Assembly (NCBI GenBank): GCA_963731995.1
Contig: CAVSXV010000004.1
Coordinates: forward strand, 384,973 to 448,972
Length of the DNA stretch: 64,000 nt
DNA from: an uncultured Chloroflexia bacterium
GTDB taxonomy: Bacteria; Chloroflexota; Limnocylindria; Limnocylindrales; CSP1-4
Direction: 5' to 3'
Positions 58,715 through 64,000 of the stretch are shown here, one piece after another. Position 1 is the stretch's first letter. Each line of letters opens with the position of its first letter. A program made the position numbers and the translations under genes. The notes beneath the pieces are model-generated. The model worked only from the letters and a program-made list of their open reading frames with translations, had not been told where the DNA came from and ran no database searches.

Positions 58715-60580
58715 ATGTCGCATCGCATACCGCTGGCCCTGGGTCTGGTGCTGGCGTTGCTGTCTTCGCTGGTGCTGGCCGCGCCCGCGGCCGCTCGGGT
58801 GAACGAAGCAGGTCAGTGTGTCCGCAGCGCGGACCCGGCGAAGTCGGTGGCACGCCTGTGGGACGAAGTCCTGCTCGACGCGATCCGGCGTGACTTCCCG
58901 GCCCCCACGGTTCACTCGCGCAACCTGTACCACGTGTCGGCAGCGATGTGGGACGCATGGGCCGCTTTCGACCCGGTCGCGCAAGGTGTCTTCGTTACCG
59001 GGAAGGTCGAGCATGATCATCCGGCTGCGGCCCGCGACCGGGCCATCAGCTACGCCGCCTACCGGGTCCTCAGGCACCGCTACCGGAACGCCGTGGGTGG
59101 CGCCGAAAGCCTGCGAGAGTTCGACGCCTTGATGGCGAGCCTGTGCCTCCCGACCGACCGCACCGACACCAAGGGTGGGTCGGCCGCAGCGCTGGGCAAC
59201 CGCATCGCCGCGCGCATCATCGACGCCGGGCTGCACGACGGCTCTCGTGAGCGCCGCGGTTACGTGTCGGCGGACTACTCGCCGGTGAACGAACCCATGG
59301 TCGTCCGGGCACCGGGCACCTTCCTCACCGACCCCAACCGCTGGCAGCCGCTGGCTCTCGATGTGTCCGTGGCCCAGAACGGATTGCCCTTGCCAAGCGG
59401 ACCACAGAAGTTCGTGGGTGCCCACTGGGGATACGTCGACGCCTTCGCGCTGCCGGCCGCAGGGACCAACGGTGTACCGATCGACCCGGGGCCTCCGCCC
59501 CGGCTGGGCGATCCTCAGACGGTCCAGGCGTTCAAGGACAACGCGGTCGAGGTGATCGGGTTCAGCGGGCTGCTGGACCCCCGGGATGGCGTCATGATCG
59601 ATATCTCACCGCGTGCCATGGGGCACAACTCGCTCGGCACCAACGATGGTCACGGTTACGACGTGAACCCCGCCACGGGACTGCCGTATGAGCCGGTGCT
59701 CGTGCCGCAAGGCGACTTCGGTCGGGTCGTCGCGGAGTTCTGGGCCGACGGCCCCGCTTCCGAGACGCCGCCGGGTCACTGGAACACACTGGCCAACGCC
59801 GTCGCGGACGATCCCGGGTTCGAGCGGCGGATCGCCGGTGAGGGACCCGAGATCGATGCGCTCGAATGGGACGTCAAGATGTACCTCGCGCTCAACGGTG
59901 CCGTCCACGATGCGGCGGTCGCGGCGTGGGGTGCCAAGGGCTACTACGACTACGTGCGGCCCATCTCGATGATCCGCTACATGGGCGGGCTGGGTCAGTC
60001 GAGCGATCCGTCGCTGCCCTCGTACCATCCCGATGGTCTGCCGCTGATCGATGGGCAGGTGGAGCTCATCACGGAACAGTCATCGGCACCGGGTGAGCGC
60101 CACGCGCACCTTGCCGACCACGTCGGTGAGATCGCCATCCATGCCTGGAGCGGCAGTCCCGAGGACAGCGAGCACGAGCTCGGTGGCGTGGACTGGATCC
60201 GTGCCGTCGAATGGGTGCCCTATCAGCTGTCCACCTTCGTGACACCGTCATTCGCGGGCTATGTCAGCGGTCACTCCACGTTCAGTCGGGCAGCCGCGGA
60301 AGTGCTCGCGGCCATGACCGGCACGCCCTACTTCCCGGGGGGCATCAGCGCCTGGACGATCCCCGCCGGCTCGCTCGACTTCGAGGCGGGGCCGAGCGTG
60401 GATGTGCCGCTGGAGTGGGCGACCTACTACGACGCGGCCGACCAGGCCGGTATCTCACGCCTCTATGGCGGCATCCATGTCGAGGCCGACGACCTGCAGG
60501 GTCGGATCATGGGCGCCCAGTGCGGCATCGATGCCTGGGAGACCGCGCAGCACTACTTCGACGGCAGCGCCCGACTGTAG
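58715..60580 (+). CDS. vanadium-haloperoxidase / PAP2-superfamily-like secreted protein
   Basis: AGGAGGAAG RBS plus ATG 58715; signal MSHRIPLALGLVLALLSSLVLAAPAAA. Acid-phosphatase/V-HPO motifs: K-x6-RP (KGYYDYVRP), SGHSTFS, SRLYGGIHVEADD. Confidence 0.75.
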   Translation: MSHRIPLALGLVLALLSSLVLAAPAAARVNEAGQCVRSADPAKSVARLWDEVLLDAIRRDFPAPTVHSRNLYHVSAAMWDAWAAFDPVAQGVFVTGKVEHDHPAAARDRAISYAAYRVLRHRYRNAVGGAESLREFDALMASLCLPTDRTDTKGGSAAALGNRIAARIIDAGLHDGSRERRGYVSADYSPVNEPMVVRAPGTFLTDPNRWQPLALDVSVAQNGLPLPSGPQKFVGAHWGYVDAFALPAAGTNGVPIDPGPPPRLGDPQTVQAFKDNAVEVIGFSGLLDPRDGVMIDISPRAMGHNSLGTNDGHGYDVNPATGLPYEPVLVPQGDFGRVVAEFWADGPASETPPGHWNTLANAVADDPGFERRIAGEGPEIDALEWDVKMYLALNGAVHDAAVAAWGAKGYYDYVRPISMIRYMGGLGQSSDPSLPSYHPDGLPLIDGQVELITEQSSAPGERHAHLADHVGEIAIHAWSGSPEDSEHELGGVDWIRAVEWVPYQLSTFVTPSFAGYVSGHSTFSRAAAEVLAAMTGTPYFPGGISAWTIPAGSLDFEAGPSVDVPLEWATYYDAADQAGISRLYGGIHVEADDLQGRIMGAQCGIDAWETAQHYFDGSARL

Positions 60581-60734
60581 CCCCGACCGTCGGCCGACTT
60601 CGCGGGTCTACTGCCGTGCCAGCGCGATGCGGATCTCCGCCTCGTGATCGATCACCGAGTCACCGCCGGCCAGCCCGACGGTGTCTCGGCGAGACTCCGC
60701 ACGAACCCTGTCGAGGCGCGGTAGCCTCCGGGTC

Positions 60735-61910
60735 GTGAGACCGATCCGCTTCGTCCGGGCGCATCTCGATGCGATCGTCGCGCTGCTGCTGACGGCGGCC
60801 TACCTCGCCGAGGTCTATCTCGCGGACTCGGCCTTGGCCGGTGAGCCGATCGTCGCGGGGCTGCCGGTCGACGAGGTCGTGGCCGTGGCCGCGGGCGCCG
60901 TGTTCCTGCTCTCGCTGGCGCTTCGCTCACGTATGCCGGTCGTGCCCCTGGTGCTGGCCATCGTGGCGGTGACGCTGATGGGCCGCGGACCGGTCGACGC
61001 GACGACGACGCTCCTGCTGGGCCTGGTGCTGGCCGCCTACTCGGTGGGCGCCTGGAGCGGTGGGGTCGCCGCCGTCATCGGGCCGCTCGGCCTGGGCGCG
61101 CTCACCGGCCTGCTGGTGCTTCGCGGTGGCAGTAGCCCCCTCGAGGTCCGTGAGATCGCCGGACCGGTGCTCGTCCTGTGGGGCCCCTGGCTGGTCGGCC
61201 TCGCGGCACGCCGGTTGCGCGTGGCCCGCCGAGACGAACGCGTGGGCGGAGCCCGCGAATGGGCCTGGTCGGGTGACTACGGGGCGCCGGATTCGGCCGG
61301 TCGTGACGAGACCGTACGCGAGCTGCGTGACGTGATCGAGCGGGCCATGAGCACGGTCATCCTGCAGGCGCGGGAGGCGCGGCGGACCCTCGAGCGTGAC
61401 CCGCGCGCTGCCCACGAGGCCCTCATCATCGTGGACGCCGCCGGCACCGAGGCGCTCGAGGAGACGCAGCGATTGACAGGCTTGTTGCTGGCGCCCGACG
61501 GCACACCGCTGCCGGGGGCGGGTCCCGGCCTCGGTGATCTCGACTACCTCATCGACGAAGTCATCAAGGCCGGGCTGCCCGTGGACCTGCAGGTCAGCGG
61601 CCGCCCAGTGCCACTGACCTCAGACCTCGACGCGGTCGCTTACCACGTGGTGCACGAGGCGCTGATGGCGACGCTCGCGGGTGCCACCGACGCGAGCGCC
61701 ACGGTCCTGGTCCGCTTCGAGCCGGACGCGCTCGAGATCGAGGTCAGCGACGACGGTGTCGCGACCGGCGACGAGGCCCAACAGACCGCCGGGCTCGAAG
61801 CTGTTCGCAAGGAGGTGGCCGCGCTGGGCGGCACGCTCGATGCCGGCCCGCGCGAGAAGCGGGGCTACTGGGTGATGGCTCAGCTGCCCTACGAGCCGGA
61901 CTGGAGTTGA
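60735..61910 (+). CDS. HisKA_3/HATPase-type sensor kinase homologue with degenerate catalytic motifs
   Basis: GTG 60735 (ORF open from 60681). About five TM helices follow. The dimerisation region RELRDVIERAMSTVILQAREARRTLERDP replaces the usual ELHDvvaH. HATPase: HEALMATLAG...EVSDDGVATG...GLEAVRKEVAALGGTL. Confidence 0.7.
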   Translation: MRPIRFVRAHLDAIVALLLTAAYLAEVYLADSALAGEPIVAGLPVDEVVAVAAGAVFLLSLALRSRMPVVPLVLAIVAVTLMGRGPVDATTTLLLGLVLAAYSVGAWSGGVAAVIGPLGLGALTGLLVLRGGSSPLEVREIAGPVLVLWGPWLVGLAARRLRVARRDERVGGAREWAWSGDYGAPDSAGRDETVRELRDVIERAMSTVILQAREARRTLERDPRAAHEALIIVDAAGTEALEETQRLTGLLLAPDGTPLPGAGPGLGDLDYLIDEVIKAGLPVDLQVSGRPVPLTSDLDAVAYHVVHEALMATLAGATDASATVLVRFEPDALEIEVSDDGVATGDEAQQTAGLEAVRKEVAALGGTLDAGPREKRGYWVMAQLPYEPDWS

Positions 61911-61959
61911 GCGTCGGCACTCGCTAGGCTGTGGCGCCCAAGCACAGTGGAGGTGATCG

Positions 61960-62370
61960 ATGGCAGCGACCGGCAGCGGCACCAAGGAGGACCCCTGGGT
62001 CCTGCAGACCCCACCAGGTTCGTCGGAGTACACGATGTACCGCGACGAGGATTCCGACCCGCCGACGCTGATCTGCCAGGTCGGCTCGACGAAGCTCTCG
62101 TACCAGCTCCGCTGTATCGATGATCTGCACGCGATGCTCAAGGCTCGCGGTGACTGGATGGATCTTGGTGCGGCCGACGAGAAGAAGGAGCCGAAGTCGG
62201 ACACCGTCGAGGCCTGGGGTCGCGCAGCCGACAACCCCGTGGGCGGCTTCTACGGCTTGCGCAAGGGCTATCGCGGTCGCTTCGGCATGTATGTCCCGCC
62301 GCTGCTCGAAGCACTCGGCCTGGCCGAACTGACCCACGAGAAGCGGGGCAACCGCATGCGCGCCACCTGA
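61960..62370 (+). CDS. conserved hypothetical cytoplasmic protein
   Basis: 136-aa ORF with protein-like composition: MAATGSGTKEDPWVLQTPPGSSEYTMYRDEDSDPPTLICQVGSTKLSYQLRCIDDLHAML... No family named with confidence. Confidence 0.55.
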   Translation: MAATGSGTKEDPWVLQTPPGSSEYTMYRDEDSDPPTLICQVGSTKLSYQLRCIDDLHAMLKARGDWMDLGAADEKKEPKSDTVEAWGRAADNPVGGFYGLRKGYRGRFGMYVPPLLEALGLAELTHEKRGNRMRAT

Positions 62371-62439
62371 GCGGGAGGCGCCGGAGAATCGCGAAGGCCG
62401 TCCGGTCACCCGGACGGCCTTCGTCGTGTGCTGTTGGCG

Positions 62440-62691
62440 CTAGGCCGCGGGCGACTCGGCAGCCTCCTGGACGTCCGACTCGGCAGCCTCCTCGGCGGCC
62501 TGGACGTCCTCGGCAGCCATCGACTCGACGGCCGCCATGGTCTCCTCGGCGGCCTGGACGTCCTCGGCAGCCATCGACTCGACGGCTTCGGCCGGGGTAG
62601 TCGGCTCGGGCGTGGCATCGTTGTTGTCGCAGGCGACAGCCACGAGGCTCATGCTGGCAACCAGCGCAGCAGTGATCAGGGTCTTCTTCAC
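62440..62691 (-). CDS. small acidic lipoprotein with a tandem repeat
   Basis: GTG 62691 (GAGAGGA upstream): VKKTLITAALVASMSLVAVAC (lipobox), then DNNDATPEPTTPAEAVESMAAEDVQAAEETMAAVESMAAEDVQAAEEAAE... Confidence 0.6.
   Translation of the reverse strand: MKKTLITAALVASMSLVAVACDNNDATPEPTTPAEAVESMAAEDVQAAEETMAAVESMAAEDVQAAEEAAESDVQEAAESPAA
62488..62585. repeat. 54-bp in-frame tandem repeat (about 1.8 copies) inside the lipoprotein gene
   Basis: ctcctcggcggcctggacgtcctcggcagccatcgactcgacggc occurs at 62488 and again at 62542. It encodes VESMAAEDVQAAEE twice. Confidence 0.85.
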
Positions 62692-62873
62692 GGCAGGGTT
62701 TCCTCTCGCCTTCTGTTTGGTTCTCGCGTTCCTCATGGTTCGAGAACGTTCCGTATCGTATGCCAGATATGACTTGTGTGTCGTGTTCGCGCGCGTCGGC
62801 CGTCGTACCATCGCTCGGCTGGGCAGTCGATAGGCTACCGCAGCCATGACGTGGAGCAAGGAGTCGGACCAGC

Positions 62874-64000
62874 ATGGCCATCGAGTGGCGACCAGGTGAG
62901 CGACAGCTGCATCTGTACAACGAGCAGATCAGCTACGTCATGCGCGTGCTCGAATCAGGGATCCTCGCGCATCTCTACCTGGGCCCGCGGCTGGCCATAG
63001 CACGCGACTACGGGCACTTCGTACGCAGCTCGTTCGTGGCGCGCTACAACCAGGTCCTGGACCCCATTCCCCGCGAGCTGCCCACGGCTGGCCGCGGCGA
63101 CTTCCGCCTGCCTGGCCTGGCGGTCCGCCATGCCGATGGCAGCACGGTGCTCGAATTGGTCTACCGCGAACACACCATCAGTGCGGGCAAGCCGCACCTA
63201 GATGGCTTGCCTTCCACCTACGTCGAAGACGGCTCCGAGGCCGAGACCGTCGAGATCGTCCTCGTCGACGGCCACTCCGGCCTCCAGGTTCGCCTGCTCA
63301 CGACCATCTATGCCGCACGGCCGGTCGTCACCCGCAGCATGCGCGTCATCAATGACGGCACCGGTGACGTGAAGCTGACCACGGCCATGAGCGCCGTCCT
63401 CGATCTGCCCGACCCTGATTGGCACCTGCTCCAGCTGACCGGCGCGTGGGCGCGCGAGACGCACATCGTCGATGCCCCGCTGGTGACCGGCACGCGCGCG
63501 GTCCGCAGCCAGCGTGGCTCGACCGGGCATCAGCAGAACCCGTTCATGCTGCTGCGTCGGCCCGCCACCACCGAGGCTGCCGGCGAGGCCATCGGCATGT
63601 CGTTGGTGTACTCGGGCAACTTCCTCGCCGAGGTGGAGGTCGACTCCACCGACGCCGTCCGCGCACGCCTGGGCATGGATCCCGAGACCATCCGCTGGCG
63701 CATCACACCGGGCATGGACCTGCAGATCCCCGAGGCCGTGCTCGTGTGGTCCGACGAGGGCATCGGCGGCGTGTCCGACGCTTACCACCGGCTCTACCGC
63801 GAGCGGCTCGTCGGGGGAACCTGGCGTGACCGCCCGCGCCCGGTCCTGTTCAACAGCTGGGAGGGCGTCTACTTCGACTTCGACGAGGACGCCCTCGTCG
63901 AGATGGCGGCCGAAGCGAGGGATCTGGGCGCCGAGCTGTTCGTGCTCGATGACGGCTGGTTCGGCCAGCGCGACGATGACACGTCCTCGCTCGGTGACTG
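62874..64000 (+). CDS. GH36 alpha-galactosidase, N-terminal ~375 codons (continues beyond the window)
   Basis: Absent from the ORF track (no stop in the window). AAGGAG RBS plus ATG 62874: MAIEWRPGERQLHLYNEQISYVMRV...GRGDFRLPGLAVRHADGS...LTGAWARE...SQRGSTGHQQNPFMLL...LVYSGNF...RPVLFNSWEGVYFDFDE...ELFVLDDGWFGQRDDDTSSLGD. Confidence 0.85.
   Translation, partial: MAIEWRPGERQLHLYNEQISYVMRVLESGILAHLYLGPRLAIARDYGHFVRSSFVARYNQVLDPIPRELPTAGRGDFRLPGLAVRHADGSTVLELVYREHTISAGKPHLDGLPSTYVEDGSEAETVEIVLVDGHSGLQVRLLTTIYAARPVVTRSMRVINDGTGDVKLTTAMSAVLDLPDPDWHLLQLTGAWARETHIVDAPLVTGTRAVRSQRGSTGHQQNPFMLLRRPATTEAAGEAIGMSLVYSGNFLAEVEVDSTDAVRARLGMDPETIRWRITPGMDLQIPEAVLVWSDEGIGGVSDAYHRLYRERLVGGTWRDRPRPVLFNSWEGVYFDFDEDALVEMAAEARDLGAELFVLDDGWFGQRDDDTSSLGD

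Overview
High-GC (roughly two-thirds G+C by eye, not computed), densely coding chromosomal segment of actinobacterial type with about 60 protein genes. I found no rRNA, tRNA, CRISPR array, transposase, integrase, phage or recognisable defence genes. All calls come from reading the six-frame translations and the DNA by eye, with no searches run; frameshift positions are good to about +/-10 nt.

Gene order:
- asnS (partial), a secreted CHRD-like Met/Asp-rich protein, an MFS transporter, a truncated quinone-reductase remnant and a SAM methyltransferase
- the UPF0237(ACT)/UPF0210 pair and a TetR/SnoaL-cyclase divergent pair with palindromic operators
- a PreA-like flavoenzyme and manA
- a long minus-strand operon: Opp/Dpp-type peptide ABC transporter, then C-N hydrolase, then class-III aminotransferase
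- a LysR gene, an AI-2E permease and a DUF454 protein
- an MBL hydrolase, a UroD-family protein, a deazaflavin-type nitroreductase, methyltransferase/MpaB oxygenase, ROK kinase/IMPase
- a complete, translationally coupled pyrB-C-D-E-F operon
- a DUF4139-like protein, REC-HD-GYP regulator, OsmC, DUF4242, and an ECF sigma with its membrane partner
- a four-gene operon (two fold-type-II PLP enzymes plus two atypical transcarbamylases) divergent from a fused 2Fe-2S/MoCo hydroxylase
- DUF1801, an ABC exporter, a DMT transporter, an FrcBCA-like sugar ABC transporter
- a CRTAC1 / vanadium-haloperoxidase-like pair, a degenerate histidine kinase, a repeat lipoprotein and a GH36 alpha-galactosidase (partial)

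Most notable observations:
1. The PLP/transcarbamylase/Mo-enzyme cluster at 42.3-50.0 kb does not match a pathway I can name.
2. A 7.7-kb block (12.0-19.7 kb) has every gene interrupted, with about 24 single-base frame changes in total, while the protein motifs stay intact.
3. A duplicated ~88-nt element sits in the long leader of the pyr operon.
4. Perfect 40-bp tandem repeats lie in a 620-bp divergent intergenic region.
5. An orphan histidine kinase lacks both the phospho-acceptor His and the N-box Asn.
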